From positions 288,933-352,932 of the forward strand of contig CP066682.1 of the NCBI GenBank assembly GCA_016432285.1: DNA of 64,000 nt, in the 5' to 3' direction. The DNA is from Candidatus Kaiserbacteria bacterium (GTDB taxonomy: Bacteria > Patescibacteriota > Minisyncoccia > Phycocordibacterales > UBA2100). The notes beneath the pieces were generated by a model. That model was not told the DNA's origin, searched no databases, and was given only the letters and a program-made list of their open reading frames with translations. Below, piece after piece: positions 26,342-35,871 of this stretch (positions within the stretch are counted from its first letter, which is position 1; each line of letters begins with the position of its first letter). Made by a program: the position numbers and the translations under genes.

Positions 26342-27022
26342 ATGATCAGGACAAAAAATCTCACGAAGACATTTAAGAACGGCGACGTGGAAACGCGCGT
26401 CTTGAAGGGCATTGATTTTGCCGCCGGGCAGGGAGAGTTTATCGCGATCATGGGCAGAAGCGGCGCCGGGAAGAGCACCTTTTTGTATCAGATTAGCCTC
26501 CTCGACGATCCGACGGGCGGCGAGATCGTGATCGACGGGCATGACACGCACACGATGAGCGCCGAGGAGAAGATGCTCTTCCGGCTCTCGCGCTTCGGAT
26601 TCGTCTTTCAGGACTACGCGCTCCTTCCGGAGCTCACGGCGCTCGAAAACGTAGCGGTGCCGCTTTTGATGCAAGGCAAGACGAAGAAAGACGCGTATGC
26701 TTCCTCCTCGGCAGCGCTCGATCGCGCTGGCCTGGGGCATCGCCTCAACAATCTCCCGAGTCAGCTCTCCGGGGGAGAACAACAGCGCGTGTCGATCGTG
26801 CGCGCCGTCGCGCACAATCCGAAAATCTTGTACGCCGACGAGCCGACCGCCAACCTCGACAACGATTCCTCCGCGAAGATCATGGAGATCTTTAAGGAGC
26901 TGCACGCCAAAGGTCAGACCATCATCATGGTGACGCACGAGGAGCAGTACGCGAAAATGGCGCAGCGCATCGTGCGTCTCGACGACGGAAAAATCGTCTC
27001 CGAGACGAAGGCACTTTCATGA
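26342..27022 (+). CDS. ABC transporter ATP-binding protein (LolD/MacB-like)
   Basis: GRSGAGKST, LSGGEQQR, ADEPT and MVTHE. Confidence 0.92.
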   Translation: MIRTKNLTKTFKNGDVETRVLKGIDFAAGQGEFIAIMGRSGAGKSTFLYQISLLDDPTGGEIVIDGHDTHTMSAEEKMLFRLSRFGFVFQDYALLPELTALENVAVPLLMQGKTKKDAYASSSAALDRAGLGHRLNNLPSQLSGGEQQRVSIVRAVAHNPKILYADEPTANLDNDSSAKIMEIFKELHAKGQTIIMVTHEEQYAKMAQRIVRLDDGKIVSETKALS

Positions 27023-28308
27023 CGATGGAGGTAGTGCGGCAGTTCGCGGGGGAGACTTTCAGCTCGCTCGCGATTCGCAACTATCGCCTTTACTTTATCG
27101 GCCGCGGCTTCTCGCACGTCGGCGACTGGATGCAGGTGGTGGGCGTGGGGTGGCTCGTACTGGATTTGACCGGCTCCGGCGTGAAGCTCGGAACCGTGCT
27201 CGCTATCTTTTTCCTCCCGCTCCTTCTTGGCGGCCCCTTTCTCGGGATCATCCCGGATCGGTTCGACAAGCGGCGGGTGATGTTTCTCACGCAGTCGATC
27301 ATGGCGGCGCTCGCGCTCCTGCTCTCGGTGCTGGTGTTTTTTGAGCTTGTCCAACTATGGATGCTTTATGCGTTCGCCCTCCTCTACGGGACCGTCAATG
27401 CGATCGACACGCCGACGCGGCAGACCTTTTTACATGAGATGGTGGGGAAGGATCACCTTCGCAATGCCGTCACGCTCATGTCGACCGAAGCGAATCTCGC
27501 GCGCGCCCTCGGCCCGCTCTTCGCGGGTGCCCTCATTGCGGGCTTCGGGATCGCGTTTTGCTTTTTCGTCAACGCGCTCTCGTTTGTGGCGGTGCTCGTC
27601 ATCCTTTCGATGATGCGCGAGGAGGAGATGCATCGCGAGACGCCCTCGAGCGAGCCCATAGACCTGCTTTCCGGTTTTCGGTATGTTCGCTCGGTCCCGC
27701 TCATCCGAGGCGTACTCATTTCCATGGCGGTGATCGGCACGCTCTCGTACGAATTCCAGGTGAGTCTGCCGCTCTTGGCAAAGGGAACGTTCGGCGGGGG
27801 TGCGGCGGATTACGCGGCGCTGCTTTCCGCCATGGGCGCCGGATCGGTGGCAGGCGGACTCTTTGCGGCGAGCCGCCAGCGAGTCGCGCTCCACGAGTTT
27901 TTCCTCTCGATGCTTCTCTTTGGCATCTCGATTCTCGTGACGGCCGTGATGCCGAGCGTGAGCTTGGCAACCGTCGGGATGATTTTCGTGGGTTTCTTTT
28001 CGATCAATCTCACGAGCGTGGGCAACACCATGATCCAGCTCGAAGCGGATAGTTCCCTGCGTGGGCGCGTCATGGCGCTCTGGTCGATGGCGATCTTCGG
28101 CTCCACGCTGATCGGCGCTCCGATCATCGGATTCCTGGGAGAATTTGCGAATCCCCGCATCGCGCTTGCCGTAAGTGGCGCGGCTGCCCTCTTGACCGCG
28201 CTCTTTGGCGGCTGGAGGCTTTTGAAACTCGACCGGCTGCTTCCCATTCCCGCTTTCATAAAGATTCGCCGCGAGGAAGAGGAGGCGATCGCGCAAACGA
28301 AGGTGTAG
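27019..28308 (+). CDS. MFS transporter
   Basis: 12 TMs; DRFDKRR and LRGRVMAL. Confidence 0.9.
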   Translation: MTMEVVRQFAGETFSSLAIRNYRLYFIGRGFSHVGDWMQVVGVGWLVLDLTGSGVKLGTVLAIFFLPLLLGGPFLGIIPDRFDKRRVMFLTQSIMAALALLLSVLVFFELVQLWMLYAFALLYGTVNAIDTPTRQTFLHEMVGKDHLRNAVTLMSTEANLARALGPLFAGALIAGFGIAFCFFVNALSFVAVLVILSMMREEEMHRETPSSEPIDLLSGFRYVRSVPLIRGVLISMAVIGTLSYEFQVSLPLLAKGTFGGGAADYAALLSAMGAGSVAGGLFAASRQRVALHEFFLSMLLFGISILVTAVMPSVSLATVGMIFVGFFSINLTSVGNTMIQLEADSSLRGRVMALWSMAIFGSTLIGAPIIGFLGEFANPRIALAVSGAAALLTALFGGWRLLKLDRLLPIPAFIKIRREEEEAIAQTKV

Positions 28309-28392
28309 CGGCGCATTTCGCAGAGGGGGCGACTGTAGTATGGTAGAGAAGCCCCGATTTCTCGTAACAAAATCCTTCTCGTAGCGTCATCT

Positions 28393-28917
28393 ATGGCAGA
28401 CCTCACAGAGACATTTCGTGAAGCCTTTGAGCGGCATGCGGACGAGCTTTTCAGGCACGCCAGCTTGCGGCTCTCCGATCGCGACCGGGCGCTCGAGCTC
28501 ACGCAGGAATGCTTCCTGCGCGCGTGGCAGTACGCCGGTCGGGGAGAGGAGATTCGCGAGATGCGGCCGTTTCTCTTTCGTACGCTGCGGCACCTCATCA
28601 TCGACGAGTACCGCAAGTCGAAGTCCTTCTCGCTCGATTCGATGATGGAGGATGACGACGGCGGTCAGATCGAGCGTATGCTCCCGCGCGACGACACGAA
28701 CACGCTCGAAGCGGCCATGGACCGGTTCGACGGCAAACACGCGATTGCGGCGATACAGGAGCTCCCAGATCTGTATCGCGAAGCGCTCACGATGCGATAC
28801 GTCGACAACCTCTCTCTGAAGGAGATTGCGGAGATCGTGCGCGAGAGCGAGAATGTCGTCTCCGTGAGGCTCCACCGAGGCCTGAAGAAGCTGCACGCTC
28901 TCTTGGAGGCCGAATAA
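28393..28917 (+). CDS. ECF RNA polymerase sigma factor
   Basis: ELTQECFLRAW, IIDEYRK and LSLKEIAEI...VSVRLHRG. Confidence 0.9.
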   Translation: MADLTETFREAFERHADELFRHASLRLSDRDRALELTQECFLRAWQYAGRGEEIREMRPFLFRTLRHLIIDEYRKSKSFSLDSMMEDDDGGQIERMLPRDDTNTLEAAMDRFDGKHAIAAIQELPDLYREALTMRYVDNLSLKEIAEIVRESENVVSVRLHRGLKKLHALLEAE

Positions 28918-28918
28918 T

Positions 28919-30010
28919 ATGAATACCTTTTTCCCACAACTAAAAAACGAAGCCAATAAAATCCGCCTTTCGGAGGGTGAGAAGAATTTTATGCGCTTCA
29001 AACTCGAAGAGGCGATGCGCGCTCCCGTACCGAGTCCGTACTTCTCGTTTGCCGCGCCGCGGACGCTCGTGCCCGCGCTCGTACTCGTACTCGTCGTGAT
29101 CGGCGGCGGCATGACCTATGCGGCCGAAGGTGCGCTCCCGGGGGATCTCCTCTACCCGGTAAAGATCGGTTTCAACGAATCGGTCCGCAGCGCTCTTGCC
29201 TTCTCGGACGAATCCAAGGTAGCGGTGCATAGCGTGTTTGCGGAGCGACGACTTGAGGAGGCGACCGCGCTGGCGGTTTCCGGCCGGCTCTCGGGGGCAG
29301 CCCAGAAGGCGCTTGAGGCGAATTTCGACGCGCACGCCGAGGTGATAACGACGATCGTCGCCGAAGTGGAAGCCACCGACCCCATCGCGGCTGCTGACCT
29401 CTCTGCGCGCTTCGACTCGAAGATCGCAGCCAAGGGCGCGGTCATCGCCTCGATCGGCGCTGGAAGCAAAGATACGACGACGAAAGAAACCTCCGGCGCG
29501 ATCGCCGCCAATATCTCACGGTTCACGGGCAGGATCGCCCGCGCTGATGCGCCGATCACGATGCAGATGAGCGCCGAAGGTGCGGCAGATTCCGCAGAAG
29601 TCTCGGCTCGCTCGTTTGCGAAAGCGACGCTCGCGCCGCTTCCCGTTGAAACGGATACGGACACCGCAATTGCCGCGAAGATCGGCGAAAACGTCCTCGA
29701 TCTCTTGGCAGAAGTCGACGTGCGCCTCAATGCGCTCTCGGAATCCCTCGGCGCGACGACGACCGCGCGCATACAAAAGCAAATCTTCTTCATCCGCGAA
29801 TTTATCGAGCGGACGCAAGAGCACGAAGGGGACTCGGCGACGGCGCGCCGCAATATCGAACAGGCGCTCCGCGACGTGGCGAAGCTCGAGGCTTTCCTCG
29901 AGGCGCAGGAGAAATTCCACACCAAGATCCTCCCGACCTCGCTCGAAACAGACGTGGAGGGGGCCGTTCTCATTGAAGGAGGCGCAGACACTCGCACTCT
30001 GCCGCTCTAA
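28919..30010 (+). CDS. putative anti-sigma factor (DUF5667-like)
   Basis: TM then AEGALPGDLLYPVK...ERRLEEA; follows the ECF sigma. Confidence 0.75.
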   Translation: MNTFFPQLKNEANKIRLSEGEKNFMRFKLEEAMRAPVPSPYFSFAAPRTLVPALVLVLVVIGGGMTYAAEGALPGDLLYPVKIGFNESVRSALAFSDESKVAVHSVFAERRLEEATALAVSGRLSGAAQKALEANFDAHAEVITTIVAEVEATDPIAAADLSARFDSKIAAKGAVIASIGAGSKDTTTKETSGAIAANISRFTGRIARADAPITMQMSAEGAADSAEVSARSFAKATLAPLPVETDTDTAIAAKIGENVLDLLAEVDVRLNALSESLGATTTARIQKQIFFIREFIERTQEHEGDSATARRNIEQALRDVAKLEAFLEAQEKFHTKILPTSLETDVEGAVLIEGGADTRTLPL

Positions 30011-30187
30011 AACCCGCACTTCCAGCAGGGCGAATGCTGTCCCAAGACGGCAAATTGGCGTCTTTTCGACGGGGAAGAATACTTGACAGAACCCCCCGCA
30101 ATAATGCATATTGCGGGCATTATTGATAGAAAAAAGGCGCAAAATACGGCTAAAATCCTTGTTTTGCGCCCCAAAATATCCATTACT

Positions 30188-31885
30188 ATGAAGAAAATCG
30201 CCTCCGCCTTGGCCCTCTCCGCACTCTTCGTCGCGGGTGCCGTCAGTGCACAGACCTACACCTATTCGTATCCCGCAGGCAGCTGCACAACGCTCTCATC
30301 CGACCTCTCGGACGGGTCGCGCGGCACCGAGGTGCGCTCGCTTCAGAGCTTCCTCGTCACACAGAATTATCCGGGCGGCGGTAGTTGGATGATGACGGGC
30401 TATTTCGGGCAGGCGACCGCGGCCGCGCTCCGGCTCTTCCAGCAGTCGGCGGGGTTGCCGCAAAGCGGCATGCTCGATGCGGCAACGCGTGCGTCTATCC
30501 AATCGCGTTCGTGCGGTTATGCTCCGACGAACACGAACACGAATTTTAATTTCAACTCCTACACCTACCCGAACACCTACACCGCACCCTCCTCGAACTA
30601 CAATTACAACTACACGTATCCCTACTCGACGCCGTACGCATACAACGTCGTCAATCTCACGTCGCTCTCTCAAAACACCGGCACTCCCGGATCCTCCGTC
30701 ACGATCTACGGCACCGGCTTCGACAGCGTGAGCAACACCGTGTATCTCGGATCGAGTGTGATCGGGAGCGTTGGTTCCAGCAACGGCACCTCGCTCACTG
30801 TTTCAATCCCGCCGTACTTCGGCCTCGGCTCGACGTACCTCAAGGTCTCAAACGCGCGCGGCACCTCGAATACGCTCAGCTTCTCGATCGTCGCTTCTCC
30901 GTACGCGTGCAATTCGATCTACGGCTACGGATCTTCCGGCTGCAACGCATCGTGCCCGATCGGCGTCGTGTGCGACGGCCACGCCGGCGCTCCCTACATC
31001 GCGTCGATGGTGCCGACTTCAGGCTCGACCAACAGCACGGTAACGCTCATGGGCTCGGGCTTCACGGCGAATGGCAACACCGTGCACTTTGGGAACGGTA
31101 TCATCACCAATCTCAACTCCGTCGACGGTCGCGGCCTCTCGTTCACGATTCCGACGACGCTCACCGGATACGGTTCGCAGCAGGTCAACCTCGGAAGCTA
31201 CCCGGTCTACGTAACCAACAGCCGCGGAGAAAACAGCAACACGGTTACCTACTCGATCACCTCCACGGCAGGCTCGACCGGCACGCCGATCCTCGGATCG
31301 GTACAGGGTCCTTCGACGCTCGGCCTCGGCGCGCAGGGCACGTGGACGCTCTCGGTGAATGCGCCGACCGGCTCCTTCCTCACAACGACGATCCGGTGGG
31401 GCGATGAGGGCACCTACGGCACGCAGGCGCAGCCGCAGACAATCGCGCTCTCCGGCGCACAGACGCTCTCGTTCTCGCACACCTACTACACGGCGGGCAC
31501 GTACACGATCACCTTCACCTTCAGCGGCGCGGGCGGCACCAACGCGACAACGGCGACGGTCACGGTGGGGAGCGGCACCAACGTCCTGACGCTCACTTCG
31601 CTCACGCCTTCTTCCGGCCCGGTCGGCACACCGGTTACTCTCACCGGCACCGGCTTTACCGGCGACAACACGATTCACTTCGGCACCGGCGGCGTGCAGC
31701 ACGTCACCTCGGCGAGCAACACGTACCTTTCGCTCACGATTCCGGCGTACATCTCGCCATGCGATCTTCTCAATCCGGGTTACGCGTGCGGGGCGCCGCT
31801 TCAGAGTGTGGTTCCGGGCACGTATCCGGTCTACGTGACGAACAGCAACGGAGCGACCAACATTCTCTACTTCAACGTCCAATAA
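30188..31885 (+). CDS. secreted protein: peptidoglycan-binding domain plus IPT/TIG and PKD repeats
   Basis: signal peptide; GSRGTEVRSLQSFL...GYFG; repeated VTxxGxGF motifs; WGD...HTY. Confidence 0.85.
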   Translation: MKKIASALALSALFVAGAVSAQTYTYSYPAGSCTTLSSDLSDGSRGTEVRSLQSFLVTQNYPGGGSWMMTGYFGQATAAALRLFQQSAGLPQSGMLDAATRASIQSRSCGYAPTNTNTNFNFNSYTYPNTYTAPSSNYNYNYTYPYSTPYAYNVVNLTSLSQNTGTPGSSVTIYGTGFDSVSNTVYLGSSVIGSVGSSNGTSLTVSIPPYFGLGSTYLKVSNARGTSNTLSFSIVASPYACNSIYGYGSSGCNASCPIGVVCDGHAGAPYIASMVPTSGSTNSTVTLMGSGFTANGNTVHFGNGIITNLNSVDGRGLSFTIPTTLTGYGSQQVNLGSYPVYVTNSRGENSNTVTYSITSTAGSTGTPILGSVQGPSTLGLGAQGTWTLSVNAPTGSFLTTTIRWGDEGTYGTQAQPQTIALSGAQTLSFSHTYYTAGTYTITFTFSGAGGTNATTATVTVGSGTNVLTLTSLTPSSGPVGTPVTLTGTGFTGDNTIHFGTGGVQHVTSASNTYLSLTIPAYISPCDLLNPGYACGAPLQSVVPGTYPVYVTNSNGATNILYFNVQ

Positions 31886-31905
31886 AAACCGGACGTGGAA
31901 AGCAC

Positions 31906-31931
31906 CAAAAGCGCCCGAAAGGGCGCTTTTG
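31906..31931 (+). terminator. intrinsic terminator
   Basis: CAAAAGCGCCC-GAAA-GGGCGCTTTTG. Confidence 0.8.
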
Positions 31932-32007
31932 TCTTGACGCGGGGCAACGCGCGGAAGCCACAGCCACGGTGAGCGTGTACTAAGGCACTCTTTGGTACTA
32001 TGCCGGG

Positions 32008-32646
32008 ATGCCAAGCCCCCGGTACGTTCTCTTTGATTTCGACGGTGTGATCGCCGATTCGTACGACGTTGCGCTCTCCACCGCGCGTATGATGTGTGAG
32101 CGCATCACGGATTCGCAGTACCGCTCAGCCTTCGAGGGCAACGTGTATGAGCGGATGATCGACGTCTTCGCCGACTCCCACGGACCGGAGTGCAAACACG
32201 ATCTCGATTGGTTTAGCGTTTTTGTGCCGGCCTTCGAGGAGAAGGCAACGCTCTTTTCCGGCATGCGGGAGGTGATCGAGGCGCTCCACACAGACTACCG
32301 TTTGATTATCGTCTCATCGACGCTCACGAGCCCGATCCAGGGATTCATGGAAAAACACGGGCTCGGACGATATTTCTCGGAAATGCTCGGCGCAGACGTG
32401 CACACGAGCAAGCACAAAAAGATCGAAATGGTTTTTGAAAAATACAAAACGACGGCGGACCGGTGCGTCTTCGTCACCGACACGCTCGGAGATATGAAAG
32501 AGGCGAAGCTCGCCGGAGTCGGTTCCGTCGGAGTCTCTTGGGGCTTCCACTCGAAAGAAACGCTCGAAAAGGGCAAGCCTTTTCGGATTGTCGAGGCGCC
32601 AGCCGAGATACCGACCGCGATCGGCGATTTTTATGCCCGTGCTTGA
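32008..32646 (+). CDS. HAD family hydrolase
   Basis: FDFDGVIADS, IVSS and FVTDTLGD. Confidence 0.88.
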   Translation: MPSPRYVLFDFDGVIADSYDVALSTARMMCERITDSQYRSAFEGNVYERMIDVFADSHGPECKHDLDWFSVFVPAFEEKATLFSGMREVIEALHTDYRLIIVSSTLTSPIQGFMEKHGLGRYFSEMLGADVHTSKHKKIEMVFEKYKTTADRCVFVTDTLGDMKEAKLAGVGSVGVSWGFHSKETLEKGKPFRIVEAPAEIPTAIGDFYARA

Positions 32647-33370
32647 AATACGCAATTTGCGAAAAGCCTACCGCGACACGATTGCGGTCGATGATATTTC
32701 ATTCACCGTACAAAAAGGGGAGATCGTCGGCCTCCTTGGCCCCAACGGCGCCGGGAAGACGACCACCATCAACATGGTGCTCGGCGTTTTGGAGCCAAGC
32801 GGCGGGAGCGTCAAAATCGACGGGATCGACATCGCGGAAAGTCGGAGCGCGGCGATCACGCGGACCAACTTCTCGGCCGTGTATGCGCACCTCCCCGGTA
32901 ATCTCACCGTGCTCCAGAATCTCCGGATCTTTTCGCTTCTCTACGATGTGCCGCATCCGCAGGATCGGATTGAGGAGGTGATCGAAGAATACGATCTCGA
33001 AAAATTTCGGCACACGAAAGCAGGACTCCTCTCCTCCGGAGAGCAGACACGCCTCGGCCTCGCCAAGGCGATGCTCAACAATCCTGCGCTTTTGCTCCTC
33101 GACGAGCCCACCGCATCGCTCGATCCGTCGACCGCGCGGATCGTGCGCGAGCGCATACAAGCGCTTTCGGCAAAAAAAGAGAGCGGCGTCTTGTGGACCT
33201 CGCACAACATGCAGGAGGTCGAAGCTGTGTGCGACCGCGTACTCTTCCTCTCGCACGGCAAGATCCTGCTTTCGGGAGATCCGCGCGTGCTGCCGCAGCA
33301 GCACGGGAAGGCAAATCTCGAAGAGCTCTTCATCACCGTGGCGCGCGAGCCGCTCTCACTCGAACTATGA
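32633..33370 (+). CDS. ABC-2 type ATP-binding protein
   Basis: GPNGAGKTT, LSSGEQ and LLDEPT. Confidence 0.9.
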   Translation: MPVLEIRNLRKAYRDTIAVDDISFTVQKGEIVGLLGPNGAGKTTTINMVLGVLEPSGGSVKIDGIDIAESRSAAITRTNFSAVYAHLPGNLTVLQNLRIFSLLYDVPHPQDRIEEVIEEYDLEKFRHTKAGLLSSGEQTRLGLAKAMLNNPALLLLDEPTASLDPSTARIVRERIQALSAKKESGVLWTSHNMQEVEAVCDRVLFLSHGKILLSGDPRVLPQQHGKANLEELFITVAREPLSLEL

Positions 33371-34167
33371 ACCTTCGCCACTCATACGCCGTTTTCTTGC
33401 GGTACATGACGCTGCTCTTCGGGAGCCCGCAGCGGCTCTTCCAGATATTTATTTGGGGTGCGCTCGACGTCGTGCTTTGGGGCTTCCTCACGAAGTACCT
33501 CACCGAAATCGGCGGAGCGGGCTTCGGGATCGTGCCGACGCTCCTCGGCGCCGTGATTCTCCTTGATTTTGCCGCGCGTGCGCACCAGGGTACCTCCACG
33601 CCGGCCTTGGAAGACATCTGGTCCAACAACCTGCTCAACTACTTCGCCTCGCCGCTTTCGGTGGGCGAGTACGTGGTGGGGCTCGTCGGCTCCTCAATCG
33701 TTACGTCGACGTTCTCTGCCATCGTCATGGTGGCGATCGCGTATCTTGTATTCGGCTTTTCGTTCGCCGCTGTCGGTCCAAGCCTCCTCCTCTTCCTCAT
33801 CACGCTCTTCTTTTTCGGCATATCGCTCGGCGTCTTCGGCGCGTCGATCGTGCTTCGCTTTGGCCCGTCGGGAGAGTGGTGGGTGTGGCCCATGACGGCG
33901 CTCCTTTCGCCGCTCATGGGTGTGTTCTATCCGATCTCCGTGCTGCCGCAGTGGATGCAATTCTTCTCGGCTCTGCTGCCGCCCACGTACGTCTTCGAAG
34001 GATTGCGCGCGATCCTGCTCCAAGGTTCCACGGATTCGCGGGGACTCATCATCGGTCTTATCCTGAGTGTCGTGTACATCCTGGTGGCGCAGTTCGTCTT
34101 CGTGCGTGTCTACCGGGCGGTGGTTCGCAACGGCCTTTTGGCCCGCTACAGCGCGGAAAGTCTCTGA
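33367..34167 (+). CDS. ABC-2 type permease
   Basis: six TMs; GVFYPISVLPQW. Confidence 0.88.
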   Translation: MNLRHSYAVFLRYMTLLFGSPQRLFQIFIWGALDVVLWGFLTKYLTEIGGAGFGIVPTLLGAVILLDFAARAHQGTSTPALEDIWSNNLLNYFASPLSVGEYVVGLVGSSIVTSTFSAIVMVAIAYLVFGFSFAAVGPSLLLFLITLFFFGISLGVFGASIVLRFGPSGEWWVWPMTALLSPLMGVFYPISVLPQWMQFFSALLPPTYVFEGLRAILLQGSTDSRGLIIGLILSVVYILVAQFVFVRVYRAVVRNGLLARYSAESL

Positions 34168-34236
34168 TCCGTGTTCCTTCTTCATAGAATCTTTGCCGCG
34201 CGGAAAGAATTGTTATAGTGAAGCGTCTCAGTATCT

Positions 34237-35730
34237 ATGAAGCGACTGCCTTTTTTTGTAGTGGCGATTTTTTTGTGTATCCCTTTGGCGGCCTCTGCTG
34301 CGACACTTTCGAGGCCTTTTGAAGTTTCCGGATGGATTCCGTACTGGCGAACCGCGACGGGCACTGCGGACGTGCTCCCGCGCCTCAATCTCCTCACCGA
34401 GGTCAACCCCTTCGTCTATACGCTCAAATCCGACGGCACGCTGCTCGACAACGGCTCACTCGATCAAGAGCCATGGCTCACCCTGCGAGCGCAGGCAAAG
34501 GCGCAGGGCGTCCGGTTCGTTCCGACGGTCATGACAGGCAACGGCGACCTGCTCCATGATCTTTTGAGCAACCAGGCGAAGCGTATCGCGCTCGAAGACC
34601 GAATCGCGGCGCTTGTGAAAGAGCAGGGCTTCGACGGCATCGATATCGATTTCGAAGGAAAGAAGGCGGCCGACAAAGATTACTTCTCGACCTTCCTCAA
34701 GGGCCTCTACCAGCGGATGGGCGATAAGTGGGTGATGTGCACGATCGAGTCCCGCACGCCGCAGGCCGACCGGTACTACGGCACCACGCCGCCGGCGGAC
34801 GCGGGCCTCTTCGCCAACGACCTCCGGGAGGTCAATAAATACTGCGACCGCGTGCGCATCATGGCCTACGACCAGCAGGGGATCGATCTGAAACTCCTTG
34901 CCGACGCAGAAGCGAAGGGGCAGCTCTATGCGCCGGTGGGGGATCCGGCCTGGGTGGAGAAGGTGGTCAATCTCATGGCGCAGGACATCGCGCGCAACAA
35001 GATCATGATCGGCGTGCCGACGTACGGCTACGAGTACGACGTAACCGCGTACGCGAACAACGAGTACGTCTATGACATCCTCTGGACCTTCAATCCCGGC
35101 TACGCGGGGCCGATTGCGGCGCAGTACGGCATTACGCCCGAGCGTGCTTCGTGGGGCGAGATGTACTTTACGTACCTCAATGCGGCGACCTCGACGCCAC
35201 CCGTTTCGAGCATCGGTGCCTCGCAGGTGGCAGCCGCCGCAAGCGCGTTTTCGACCTCTGGCAACACAAATTCGCGCTTCCGCTTAATGGTCTGGCCCGA
35301 CGCGCAGTCTGTCGCCGATCGGATCGCGCTCGCGAAAAAGCTCGGCGTGCGCGGCGTTTCCGTTTTCAAGTTCGACGGCGGGCAAGACCCGAACATCTGG
35401 AACACTATCGCATCGAGCGCGCAGTCCGCGCCGCCGGCGAGCGCGGGAGCGCCAAGCGGTGCCGCACTTTCGCGCACCCTGACGCTCGGCTCCGTGGGGA
35501 GCGACGTGCGTACGCTCCAGCGCATACTCAATTCGGATTCGAGCACGCAAATCGTCGCGAGCGGCCCGGGCGCTCCCGGCAGCGAAACGGATCGCTTCGG
35601 CGCGATGACGCTGCGGGCCGTGCAGAAATTCCAAGTGAAGTACGGTATCGCGCGAGCGGGGAGCACCGGTTACGGTGTGGTGGGGCCCGCCACGCGCGCG
35701 AAACTCAATTCGCTGCTCGCATCCCTCTGA
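34237..35730 (+). CDS. secreted GH18 glycoside hydrolase with C-terminal peptidoglycan-binding domain
   Basis: FDGIDIDFE, IMAYD, GVPTYG; C-terminal GSDVRTLQ...VGPATRAKLN. Confidence 0.88.
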   Translation: MKRLPFFVVAIFLCIPLAASAATLSRPFEVSGWIPYWRTATGTADVLPRLNLLTEVNPFVYTLKSDGTLLDNGSLDQEPWLTLRAQAKAQGVRFVPTVMTGNGDLLHDLLSNQAKRIALEDRIAALVKEQGFDGIDIDFEGKKAADKDYFSTFLKGLYQRMGDKWVMCTIESRTPQADRYYGTTPPADAGLFANDLREVNKYCDRVRIMAYDQQGIDLKLLADAEAKGQLYAPVGDPAWVEKVVNLMAQDIARNKIMIGVPTYGYEYDVTAYANNEYVYDILWTFNPGYAGPIAAQYGITPERASWGEMYFTYLNAATSTPPVSSIGASQVAAAASAFSTSGNTNSRFRLMVWPDAQSVADRIALAKKLGVRGVSVFKFDGGQDPNIWNTIASSAQSAPPASAGAPSGAALSRTLTLGSVGSDVRTLQRILNSDSSTQIVASGPGAPGSETDRFGAMTLRAVQKFQVKYGIARAGSTGYGVVGPATRAKLNSLLASL

Positions 35731-35761
35731 CGACCCTCGATATTCTTTTTTCATTTTCTCG

Positions 35762-35799
35762 TGATACTTAATTGGTCCGGTCGGACCAATTAAGTATCA
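35762..35799. repeat. perfect 18-bp-arm inverted repeat
   Basis: TGATACTTAATTGGTCCG-GT-CGGACCAATTAAGTATCA. Confidence 0.9.
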
Positions 35800-35871
35800 G
35801 TGGGGAGATGAGTGGCAAAAGCCCCGAAAGAAGGCTATAGTGCGCGGACAGCCTGCGGGCTTTTTTCATTT

